A stretch of DNA of 32,965 nucleotides, from positions 1 to 32,965 of IMG/VR virus record IMGVR_UViG_3300020045_007415; one strand, given 5' to 3'. The translations under genes were made by a program, and so were the position numbers. A model generated the notes under the pieces. It was not told the origin of the DNA and ran no database searches. It worked only from the letters and a program-made list of their open reading frames with translations. Positions 17,954 to 25,591 of the stretch are shown piece after piece. Source of the stretch: a virus (lineage: Duplodnaviria; Caudoviricetes). Every line of letters starts with the position of its first letter. Position 1 is the first letter of the stretch.

Positions 17954-18168
17954 CGTTATCACAGCTTGTTGCAGTTGCAAAGATTAATAACTAAACATTA
18001 CAAAAATTATGAAACTTTTAGATATAGCTAAAAATTTAGCAAACAGAATAAACCAAGAACATTATATTGTACACGAACTTAAAAAAGTATTCGATACAGC
18101 TTACAAATTAGGATTTGAAGAAGCTAACAAACAAAACCAATCCTTGCAATTGCAACAAGCTGGTGTTA
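17951..18168 (-). repeat. attC-like site (218 bp, long coding loop)
   Basis: Arms CAGCTTGTTGCAGTTGCAAAGATT (17962-17985) and AATCCTTGCAATTGCAACAAGCTG (18139-18162). Confidence 0.75.
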
Positions 18169-18332
18169 TGCCTCGTTTATTTTATGTCGTTGCAAGAAAT
18201 TCAGAAGAAAATTTGGAACAAATAACACAAGGATTAGATACCTATGAAAAAGCTAAACATTTTAAGAATAGTGATTTTTGTAAAAAAAGATTTGAATATG
18301 CTTTTATTATATGCACTATAAATGAGGCATAA
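17954..18332. mobile_element. integron-like cassette B3
   Basis: GTTATGCCTCGTTTAT (18165-18180) pairs with ATAAATGAGGCATAAC (18318-18333). Confidence 0.7.
18009..18332 (+). CDS. hypothetical protein (cassette cargo, reads through the attC arm)
   Basis: 107 aa; SLQLQQAGVMPR is encoded by the arm and core; its stop is the TAA of the next TAAC. Confidence 0.65.
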   Translation: MKLLDIAKNLANRINQEHYIVHELKKVFDTAYKLGFEEANKQNQSLQLQQAGVMPRLFYVVARNSEENLEQITQGLDTYEKAKHFKNSDFCKKRFEYAFIICTINEA

Positions 18333-18456
18333 CGTTTTGTAGCTTGTTGCAGTGGCGTGCAAGTAAGTGAGTAGTTTCGGTTTAAAAACTATAATAACAG
18401 AGAAGCCAAATCATTAAATTAAACACGATACCAGCCATTGCTACAAACTACTGTTA
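18330..18456 (-). repeat. attC-like site (127 bp)
   Basis: Arms GTAGCTTGTTGCAGTGGC (18339-18356) and GCCATTGCTACAAACTAC (18434-18451). Confidence 0.75.
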
Positions 18457-18807
18457 TAAGCTGTTATCTTAATACTAAAAATTATGCCTTGTTACGACGG
18501 AAGAGACAACGAACCTAGAATTATTTATCAGGACAGAGATAATCCAGAAGATAAAAGAAAGATTGCAGAATTAATTGACCAAAACAGAAGATTAGAAGCT
18601 GGATTGTGTGCGATTATTACTGAATTAGAAAAAAAGAATATTGCAAATGAAGTTATTTCACAAGCAAGTAAAAGCGGATTAATTAATCTTATGGATTTTT
18701 GGCTACACCACAGCAAAGAAGATGAAACAAGATTAGCAAGAGAACTTCATAAGTTTAGCGAACACGAACAGATTATTTTACGTAGGCTTCTGAATAATAG
18801 CTTATAA
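18333..18807. mobile_element. integron-like cassette B2
   Basis: GTTATAAGCTGTTAT (18453-18467) pairs with ATAATAGCTTATAAC (18794-18808). Confidence 0.7.
18484..18807 (+). CDS. hypothetical protein (cassette cargo)
   Basis: 107 aa; MPCYDG...LCA...W..H..ED; its stop is the TAA of TAAC. Confidence 0.7.
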   Translation: MPCYDGRDNEPRIIYQDRDNPEDKRKIAELIDQNRRLEAGLCAIITELEKKNIANEVISQASKSGLINLMDFWLHHSKEDETRLARELHKFSEHEQIILRRLLNNSL

Positions 18808-18932
18808 CGTTCCCGCGCTACACGCAGGCTGGGATTAAAGATGCGTAATCTTTCGGTTAAAAACAAATATAAACAAGTACAAAATTATCAACAAATACAG
18901 CCAATTGCCCAGCTTGTTTGTAGCGTGTGTTA
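18805..18932 (-). repeat. attC-like site (128 bp)
   Basis: Arms GCGCTACACGCAGGCTGGG (18815-18833) and CCCAGCTTGTTTGTAGCGT (18908-18926). Confidence 0.75.
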
Positions 18933-19368
18933 GTGGCTGTGTTTTTAAACTCAAACGTAATGAAACTAAAATTTACCATTGATTATAAAGGATTAGAGGC
19001 ATATCTAAAGTCTTTGAATTATAAAACCGAAATAGAAACAACTTGGAACAAACCTCAAAACGCCAAACTAATAGAAGGAGTTGCTATGGATGATATTGAA
19101 TTTTTCAATAAAGACAAATCAAAAATTCCTTTAGAAAAAGTTATTGATTACGGAACTCCTTTTTTAGTTGATGCTTTAGGAAATGATTTATCAATTGTAA
19201 TTCTTTCAAGAAGAAAATACAGACTTCCAAACGGAAGGGCTATACGTGCTAAGTTTGTAACTACAGTTATAGAAGATTGCAGATATATATATGGCACTCC
19301 GTTAAATGGATATTGGAAAATACCAAATGAATTTATTAAACCTAAAGTTCTTATAACATAGCCACTAA
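18808..19368. mobile_element. integron-like cassette B1
   Basis: GTTAGTGGCTGTGTT (18929-18943) pairs with AACATAGCCACTAAC (19355-19369). Confidence 0.7.
18960..19361 (+). CDS. hypothetical protein (cassette cargo)
   Basis: The ORF track starts at GTG 18927; the in-frame ATG at 18960 is the more likely start. Confidence 0.6.
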   Translation: MKLKFTIDYKGLEAYLKSLNYKTEIETTWNKPQNAKLIEGVAMDDIEFFNKDKSKIPLEKVIDYGTPFLVDALGNDLSIVILSRRKYRLPNGRAIRAKFVTTVIEDCRYIYGTPLNGYWKIPNEFIKPKVLIT

Positions 19369-19399
19369 CTATTCGATTGGCGAAACTAACTAAGGCAAA
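19366..19399 (-). other. attI-like 34-bp array-terminal site, copy B
   Basis: + strand TAACTATTCGATTGGCGAAACTAACTAAGGCAAA versus TAACTATTCGCTTGACGCAACTAACTAAGGCAAA (6302->6269). Confidence 0.6.
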
Positions 19400-19402
19400 T
19401 AT

Positions 19403-19648
19403 ATGAAAATAAATATTTTATATCGTTTTAAAATTTACACAAATTTAATAGTAGACGATAATAAAAACATTTGGGAGTTGCCAAATTGCCCTAAAAAAAG
19501 AACGCGTAATTTAAGAAAATTAACTTATTACAAAGAGCGTGATGCTTATCGTTATAAAAATCAATATTTATCACGTAAGAGATTATCACGCTTGATGTAT
19601 AGAGTTAATGAAACTTTCGGTAAAGAATATAACATTTTACCATTTTAA
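19403..19648 (+). CDS. hypothetical basic protein
   Basis: 81-aa K/R-rich ORF. Confidence 0.55.
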   Translation: MKINILYRFKIYTNLIVDDNKNIWELPNCPKKRTRNLRKLTYYKERDAYRYKNQYLSRKRLSRLMYRVNETFGKEYNILPF

Positions 19649-19684
19649 TTATTACATTTGTTTAACTAACTAAAAATTAAGATT

Positions 19685-20053
19685 ATGAACTTACAACTTT
19701 CATTAAAAAAGCAATGGTTTGAAATGACTAAAGCAGGAATTAAAACCGAAGATTATAGAGAGATAACTCCTTATTGGGTTAAAAGATTAGTTGAGCCAAA
19801 CGATGAAGGCGTTACTATTGAAGCTGTAATATACTATTTAAACGGAGGTAAGCAACATGCTTTTTATAGTGATAAATTTGAATTAAAAAAATTTGTTCAC
19901 AACATCATGACTTTAGGCTATCCAAAATCAACCGACACGGAACGTATTTTTAAACTTGAACACAAAGGAATTGAAATTCGTACTGGCAATCCTGAATTGG
20001 GAGCAGAGCCAAATAAACTTTATTTTGTCATTAAACATGGAAAAATTATTTAA
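19685..20053 (+). CDS. ASCH/PUA-like domain protein
   Basis: L.LKKQWFEM..AG.K.EDYRE..PYW..RL, GYP, YFVI..G; TACATTTG motif upstream (19653-19660). Confidence 0.75.
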   Translation: MNLQLSLKKQWFEMTKAGIKTEDYREITPYWVKRLVEPNDEGVTIEAVIYYLNGGKQHAFYSDKFELKKFVHNIMTLGYPKSTDTERIFKLEHKGIEIRTGNPELGAEPNKLYFVIKHGKII

Positions 20054-20064
20054 TAATTATAAAA

Positions 20065-20256
20065 ATGAAAAAAACACTAATACTATTAACCGCATTTTTA
20101 AAAAATCTAATTATCTTTTTTAAATACAAAAAAGAAAACACACAAAACTTGCAAGAAAACACAAATAACTTACAAGATAAATTTTATATGTATTTTAAAA
20201 AAGAAATTGATTCGGAAATAAAAAAAGAAGAAAAATATAAATCTTGGAACATTTAA
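20065..20256 (+). CDS. hypothetical protein
   Basis: 63-aa ORF. Confidence 0.45.
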   Translation: MKKTLILLTAFLKNLIIFFKYKKENTQNLQENTNNLQDKFYMYFKKEIDSEIKKEEKYKSWNI

Positions 20257-20267
20257 AAATTAAAATT

Positions 20268-20516
20268 ATGAAATTAGAGAATTTAGACAAATTACTTATA
20301 TCGTCATTTATTTTTTGTATTGCATCATTTTTTGTTTTATTGATTTATCATCGATTAAAATATTATAAATCAAATTATCAAAAATTTGAATACTACTTAA
20401 CGGCTGAATCAAAAATGTCTGGTATTCTTTTGTTAGCGGACTTAATATTTCAATCTGCTTTTTACATTGGATTTATTTTTTTATTTGGATATTTTACTTC
20501 ATTTATAATTTTTTAA
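20268..20516 (+). CDS. small membrane protein
   Basis: Two hydrophobic segments; the ATG in AATTATG context is preferred over TTG 20244. Confidence 0.55.
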   Translation: MKLENLDKLLISSFIFCIASFFVLLIYHRLKYYKSNYQKFEYYLTAESKMSGILLLADLIFQSAFYIGFIFLFGYFTSFIIF

Positions 20517-20536
20517 TTAATCACACATTTTTAAAA

Positions 20537-21058
20537 ATGAAAAAAAAACTAATACTTATAACCGTATTTGCTTTTGTCGGATGCGGTTCGTTTAAAAAAA
20601 ACGTCGACAAACAAAGTAAAGAATCTGAAACTACTGAACAAACATATTCTAAAAAAGAAACTGAAACCACTACAGAAACTACAGAAAGCGGTTCTAAAGA
20701 AACTAAAATAGACTACAAGGCAAATACATTCACTTTCACTCCTTTTGACGCTGTAACGCCTTATTTTGTAGATGGTAAAGAATATAAAGGCGGTACTTTA
20801 GTTATTAAAGACGAAAACAGCTCTACTCAAAGCAATGAAGTTTACGAAAATATTATCAATGAGTACAAAAAAGAATTAGAAAGTTTACGCCAGTTATACG
20901 AAAATAGCCAAAAAGAAACCGATAAAAAAGTAGATACTGAATTTAGCAACACTTGGTTAATGTTAGGAATAGCTTTTTTATTCTTTGTTCTTTTACTTTT
21001 TGTTATTTTTTACTTTAACAATAGAATTAAATCTATTACTAATCAAATTAAAATATGA
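20537..21058 (+). CDS. lipoprotein with C-terminal TM helix (unimolecular spanin-like)
   Basis: Lipobox FVGC near residue 15, polar linker, hydrophobic WLMLGIAFLFFVLLLFVIFYF. Confidence 0.55.
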   Translation: MKKKLILITVFAFVGCGSFKKNVDKQSKESETTEQTYSKKETETTTETTESGSKETKIDYKANTFTFTPFDAVTPYFVDGKEYKGGTLVIKDENSSTQSNEVYENIINEYKKELESLRQLYENSQKETDKKVDTEFSNTWLMLGIAFLFFVLLLFVIFYFNNRIKSITNQIKI

Positions 21059-22074
21059 AAACAAATCAAAATTCAGCTACTTACAAAAAAGATATTGTAA
21101 TTGAATTTATTGAAAAATATCCAAAAGCTTCTACAATGGCTTTAGCTCGAATGATTTATAAAGACTATCCTTTAGATTTTAATTCAGCAGAATCAGTAAG
21201 AAGTAATGTAAGGCGTTATCGTGGCGAAATTGGTGTAAACAATTCATCATTAACTACGCATTTACGAAGAGATGAACAAACAAAAAAACAATTTATGAGA
21301 AAAAAAATTGACTTACCAGAATCAGATTATGAAAAATGCGAGCCTTTCATAATTCCAAAAGGACAAAATCGAATATTAGTTTTGTCTGACATTCATTTTC
21401 CTTATCAAGATAACAAAGCATTAGAGTTAGCTTTAAACTACGGACTTCAAAAGAAAGCAAATGCAGTATATTTAAACGGAGATATTTTAGATTTTTACCA
21501 ATGTAGTAGATTTACTAAAGATAGACTTTTAAGAGATATGGCTGGTGAGTTAGAAATGGGTAGAGCATTTTTAAAAATGGTTCAAGAAATGTTTAAGTGT
21601 CCTATTTACTACAAAATAGGAAACCACGAAAAAAGATACGAAGATTATCTAATGATTAAAGCTCCTGAACTTTTAGGAATTGACGATTTTAAATTAGAAC
21701 AACTTTTAAGATTTAGAGAGTTTGGAGTTACTTTGGTAAAAGATAAACAAATGGCAATGGCTGGAAAATTACCAATATTACACGGTCACGAATGGTACGG
21801 AGGATTTGCTCCACCAGTTAACCCTGCAAGGGGTTTATTTATGAAAGCTAAAGAAAGCGCATTAGTAGGACATCATCATAGAACATCTGAACATACTGAA
21901 AAGACTTTAGGAGGTCATGTTATTACAACTTGGTCAACTGGTTGTTTATGTGGTTTAGAGCCAGAATATGCTCCTTATAACGGATATAATAGCGGGTTTG
22001 CATTTGTAGAAGTGGCAAAAAATGGTAATTATAATGTAAAAAACATTAGAATTATAAATGGTAATATAGTTTGA
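21055..22074 (+). CDS. calcineurin-like metallophosphoesterase
   Basis: SDIH, GDILD, GNHE, HGH and GHHH motifs; GCLC. Confidence 0.9.
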   Translation: MKTNQNSATYKKDIVIEFIEKYPKASTMALARMIYKDYPLDFNSAESVRSNVRRYRGEIGVNNSSLTTHLRRDEQTKKQFMRKKIDLPESDYEKCEPFIIPKGQNRILVLSDIHFPYQDNKALELALNYGLQKKANAVYLNGDILDFYQCSRFTKDRLLRDMAGELEMGRAFLKMVQEMFKCPIYYKIGNHEKRYEDYLMIKAPELLGIDDFKLEQLLRFREFGVTLVKDKQMAMAGKLPILHGHEWYGGFAPPVNPARGLFMKAKESALVGHHHRTSEHTEKTLGGHVITTWSTGCLCGLEPEYAPYNGYNSGFAFVEVAKNGNYNVKNIRIINGNIV

Positions 22075-22110
22075 TTTTGTATATTTACATTATAATCAAA
22101 TTTATTTTTT

Positions 22111-22746
22111 ATGAAAGTTTGTACAAGATGTAATAAAGAAAAAGAACTTAATTTATTTGTAACAAGAAAAATATCATCTGATGGATATGCTTCTCAATGT
22201 AAGGAATGTCATTCATTAATCTATAAAGGCAAAAACAAATATAAAGATATTAATAAGTTTAAAGAATATCAAAAGCAATATAGGTTAAAAAATAAAGACA
22301 AACTTACTAAATATACAAATGAATGGTATCTTGAAAATAAAGAACGTCTTTTAAGTTATCAAAAAAAATATAGAGAAAAAAATAACGTTAATATTAATTT
22401 GCAGAAAAAAGTTTACAGAAAGAATAGACTTGAAAATGATGATTTGTATAAATTTAAACAAAACATTAGAAATAGAATGTCGCAAGCGTTTAGAAAAACA
22501 TCATGGAAAAAAGATGGTAGTGAATTATTAATAGGCTGTTCTTTTAATATAGCAAAAGAACATATTGAAAATAATTTTAAATTAGGGATGTCATGGTCTA
22601 ATCATGGAGAATGGCATATTGACCATATTATTCCGTTATCAAGTGCAAAAACTAAAGATGAATTAATTAAACTTTGTCATTATACAAATTTACAGCCATT
22701 ATGGGCTATAGATAATTTAAGTAAAGGAAATAAATTACGAAGTTGA
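22111..22746 (+). CDS. HNH endonuclease (probable free-standing homing endonuclease)
   Basis: N-terminal CxxC...CxxC; WHIDHIIPLS...HYTNLQPLW..DNLSKGNK. Confidence 0.9.
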   Translation: MKVCTRCNKEKELNLFVTRKISSDGYASQCKECHSLIYKGKNKYKDINKFKEYQKQYRLKNKDKLTKYTNEWYLENKERLLSYQKKYREKNNVNINLQKKVYRKNRLENDDLYKFKQNIRNRMSQAFRKTSWKKDGSELLIGCSFNIAKEHIENNFKLGMSWSNHGEWHIDHIIPLSSAKTKDELIKLCHYTNLQPLWAIDNLSKGNKLRS

Positions 22747-22837
22747 AAATATTAAAATTATTAATTACAAAATAGTTTAATTAAAAAAAAATTTGTATAT
22801 TTGATTATTCATAATTTAATTTTTTGGTTGGTTAATT

Positions 22838-22867
22838 AGAGGTTGCAGAAATGTAGCCTCTTTTTTT
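22838..22867 (+). terminator. intrinsic terminator
   Basis: AGAGGTTGCA-GAAA-TGTAGCCTCT followed by a T-run. Confidence 0.75.
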
Positions 22868-22887
22868 GTATATTAAAAATAAAGTGT

Positions 22888-22950
22888 TATATTTGTACTT
22901 CGCTACACGTAAAATATTAATGCCTGACGTTTGTAGCGAGCGTTGGGCAT
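22888..22950 (+). promoter_or_regulatory. TATATTTG promoter plus pseudoknot-like leader
   Basis: CGCTACA (22901-22907) is complementary to loop TGTAGCG (22932-22938) of hairpin ATGCCTGACGTT/AGCGTTGGGCAT. Confidence 0.5.
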
Positions 22951-22964
22951 AATTTTTAATTATT

Positions 22965-23198
22965 ATGTTTAAAAACACACCTTACAAGAAAATTTTTGAA
23001 AACGGAGTATTACAAAATCCAATTACAAAAGAAAATCCTTATGTACAAATTGCTTCACAAAAAAGTAATTTAAAAACAAGGGCTAAAAACAACAGAAAAG
23101 GCAATGGGTTAATGGTTACAAGGATAGGTACATTTTCTTTTTTAAAATACAAACTTGTTAAAGACACAAGACAAACTCACGCAATTCTTTGTAATTAA
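22965..23198 (+). CDS. hypothetical protein
   Basis: 77 aa; PY.K....G.L.NPIT. Confidence 0.6.
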   Translation: MFKNTPYKKIFENGVLQNPITKENPYVQIASQKSNLKTRAKNNRKGNGLMVTRIGTFSFLKYKLVKDTRQTHAILCN

Positions 23199-23205
23199 CA
23201 GAAAC

Positions 23206-23240
23206 AAAAAAACCGCTATCTTAATTGGTAGCGGTTTTTT
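23206..23240. terminator. bidirectional terminator between convergent operons
   Basis: AAAAAAACCGCTATC-TTAATT-GGTAGCGGTTTTTT. Confidence 0.8.
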
Positions 23241-23263
23241 AATTTCATATTGCGATATAACAT

Positions 23264-23704
23264 TTATACGTGTACAAATATCGAAACGTTTTTATTCCTT
23301 TTACGCAACATCACTTGGCCACCATTTGAATCATTGCCTATAGCTGTATTACCTTCAATAGATTCAAATTCGTTTTCGTTTATCCAGCTTACAAAAATAC
23401 CTGTATGGTCATAACGGCCATCTTTATTCCAATCAAAAAAAACAATATCTCCAGCAATAGGTGTTTTTGTTACTTGGCCAGATTTCTTAAAATAGGCCAC
23501 AGCTGTTTGACATCCAGCAAATCCTTTTGAAAAACCTATCTTTGGCAATTGTTGTCCAGCTTGTGAATAACACCAACTTACAAACATTCCGCACCAAGCA
23601 ACGCCATCAAATCCAAACCATTTACCATATTTAGTTTTGTTTGAGTTTTTAGGAACTTCTACTTGGCCAACTTCTTTTTTTGCTATTTCTACTATTTTAC
23701 TCAT
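23264..23704 (-). CDS. CHAP-domain endolysin
   Basis: AWCGMFVSW, GDIVFFDW, DHTGI, IEGNT. Confidence 0.9.
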   Translation of the reverse strand: MSKIVEIAKKEVGQVEVPKNSNKTKYGKWFGFDGVAWCGMFVSWCYSQAGQQLPKIGFSKGFAGCQTAVAYFKKSGQVTKTPIAGDIVFFDWNKDGRYDHTGIFVSWINENEFESIEGNTAIGNDSNGGQVMLRKRNKNVSIFVHV

Positions 23705-23714
23705 ATATTTATTT

Positions 23715-24176
23715 TTACATACAACTTGCTTTGTCGTCGAATAATTTTATTAATTTATCCATATATTTTGTCAAATTATATTCTATTTTCTCAATTAATA
23801 AGCTGATAAAATCATTTGATTTAAACTCCTTTTTGGCTATAATTGAGCGTATAGAATTAAAGATACTTATTCCTTCATTTAAAACCATTATTTTCATAAC
23901 TATAGTTACCATTTGCTTAAAATCTGCAAATCCTAACCCTTTAGCAACTAAAGCCAAAACCATTATTATAATAAGTAACAATGATTTTTTTAGTAAGCCA
24001 GTCCAAAAAGTAGTTGATTTAAACTTCATTGTTGGAATTACTGAAGCTTTAACTGCTCCAGCAAACATATCTATAAAAATTAATATAATTAAAACACTCG
24101 CTATTTCTTTATCTATTTGTAGATATACAACAACACCATACAAAAAAGCCTTTATTTGGTCTATAAATTTTTCCAT
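23715..24176 (-). CDS. holin (Phage_holin_4_1-like)
   Basis: TM segments, ID..AG..KA, GLLKK, NEG.SI; directly upstream of the endolysin. Confidence 0.75.
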   Translation of the reverse strand: MEKFIDQIKAFLYGVVVYLQIDKEIASVLIILIFIDMFAGAVKASVIPTMKFKSTTFWTGLLKKSLLLIIIMVLALVAKGLGFADFKQMVTIVMKIMVLNEGISIFNSIRSIIAKKEFKSNDFISLLIEKIEYNLTKYMDKLIKLFDDKASCM

Positions 24177-24583
24177 GTCGCTAAAAATAGTATTGATAAA
24201 ACAAATAGAAAAGCGTAATTAATTGTATTACTATAATCACTCCAACAAACTGGAGCAATTATAGTAATTAAATTAAAAACAAAGTATAGGATAAGAAACA
24301 AAACAATAAGTTTTTGTCTTATACAAAATCTCAATCTTTCTGAATGAATTAAAATAGCCAAAAATATAACTCCAAATTCAAAATTTACGAGGGCTGGGTA
24401 AATTTTGTAAGCATAAACTTCTTGCGGTACATAATTCTGCATTTGCATACTCATAAACTCTATCAAAATAATAGCTAAAAAAGCATACATTTTGATATTT
24501 TTTGCAATGTTAGTTTTTGCTTTTACTACGATGTCATTTGCTAATTTGCAAATTAAACAACTTCCTTTAGGGTTAGAAGGCAT
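24161..24583 (-). CDS. membrane protein
   Basis: About four hydrophobic segments; start uncertain. Confidence 0.55.
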   Translation of the reverse strand: MPSNPKGSCLICKLANDIVVKAKTNIAKNIKMYAFLAIILIEFMSMQMQNYVPQEVYAYKIYPALVNFEFGVIFLAILIHSERLRFCIRQKLIVLFLILYFVFNLITIIAPVCWSDYSNTINYAFLFVLSILFLATWKNL

Positions 24584-24992
24584 ATTTAATTGATTTAAAA
24601 ATTGATACTATTGTTAATCCTACAAATATAAAACACCAAGTCCAAATCCAATTGGCGTTAATTTTTCTCAAATTTACACAATATTTTTTATTAGCCTTGT
24701 ACAAATCACTAAAACTTTTTGCTATTATCCACTCAAAATCATGAGTTACGCTCATCGGTTCAAGTCCTTTTATTATCCATCTGTCATTTATTACGCTTGT
24801 TCCATTAAATTCTTTCGGGTACATTGTAAAATATAACCACGCCTGATAAAAATTATCATCTACTATTCCGAAGTTCTTATACAAACTAACTATTAAAGAA
24901 TAGTCTTTATCTTTAGGATTCTCAAAATAGTTATTCTTTGACTTCTTATTTAGAATGAATACTAATAATAAAAAAGCTATTAAGTAAATCAT
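24573..24992 (-). CDS. hypothetical membrane-anchored protein
   Basis: N- and C-terminal hydrophobic segments; FNG.S...HD..W core. Confidence 0.55.
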   Translation of the reverse strand: MIYLIAFLLLVFILNKKSKNNYFENPKDKDYSLIVSLYKNFGIVDDNFYQAWLYFTMYPKEFNGTSVINDRWIIKGLEPMSVTHDFEWIIAKSFSDLYKANKKYCVNLRKINANWIWTWCFIFVGLTIVSIFKSIKYAF

Positions 24993-25591
24993 ATTGCTAA
25001 CATTTGATTAGTTAAAGTTTCAGCATCTTGCATTGTTAATACTTCAGGCACGTTTTCCATCATAACAACAATTGCTTCAGCTTTTACAAAATCGTTAATT
25101 TCAAGCATTGTTAAAGCCTTTGTTCTTGCTCTTTCAATCATTGCTGTAAAAGATAAATAAGCACTTTCGCCTTGCTCAAACTTATCAATAACTAATTGAT
25201 TCATTTGCTGTTCAGTTATTCCAAAATCTAAAGCTTCATTCGCTATCATTTGAGAAACAAAAGCATCTGTAATATTGCCTTTTGCAACCGCGTATTTATA
25301 TCTGTATTGGTCAGCTTGTTCTTTGATATATTCCCACCCTAAATTAATAGGCTTTCCAATTGAAGACGCTAAAGCTCTTTGACGTAAATGGGTGAAAGCA
25401 TTTGTTATTCTTAATGTTAGCTCATTCGTTTTGGTTTCAGTTATTTCTTCAGGTGTTGCTTCAGTTTCTTCAAATACTCCACCATTAGTCAAAAACTCAC
25501 ATCTATCGATAAACAATTGATTAGTATCATCTTTTGGTATTTCAACACCATTGAAATATTCTTTGCCTGTTAATTTTGATATTTGATACAT
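24989..25591 (-). CDS. putative tail fibre assembly/chaperone protein
   Basis: 200 aa immediately downstream of the tail fibre gene. Confidence 0.45.
   Translation of the reverse strand: MYQISKLTGKEYFNGVEIPKDDTNQLFIDRCEFLTNGGVFEETEATPEEITETKTNELTLRITNAFTHLRQRALASSIGKPINLGWEYIKEQADQYRYKYAVAKGNITDAFVSQMIANEALDFGITEQQMNQLVIDKFEQGESAYLSFTAMIERARTKALTMLEINDFVKAEAIVVMMENVPEVLTMQDAETLTNQMLAI

Noticed and set aside
6959-18716. Antisense ORFs at 6959, 11051, 13158, 15405, 16795, 17438, 17777 and 18528
   Set aside because: Shadow ORFs overlapping better-supported genes on the opposite strand
17570-19399. CRISPR array or simple terminator/REP series
   Set aside because: Units are not identical direct repeats, the spacers are whole genes, the hairpins lack T-tails, and they have AAC/GTT cores with cassette-matched flanks
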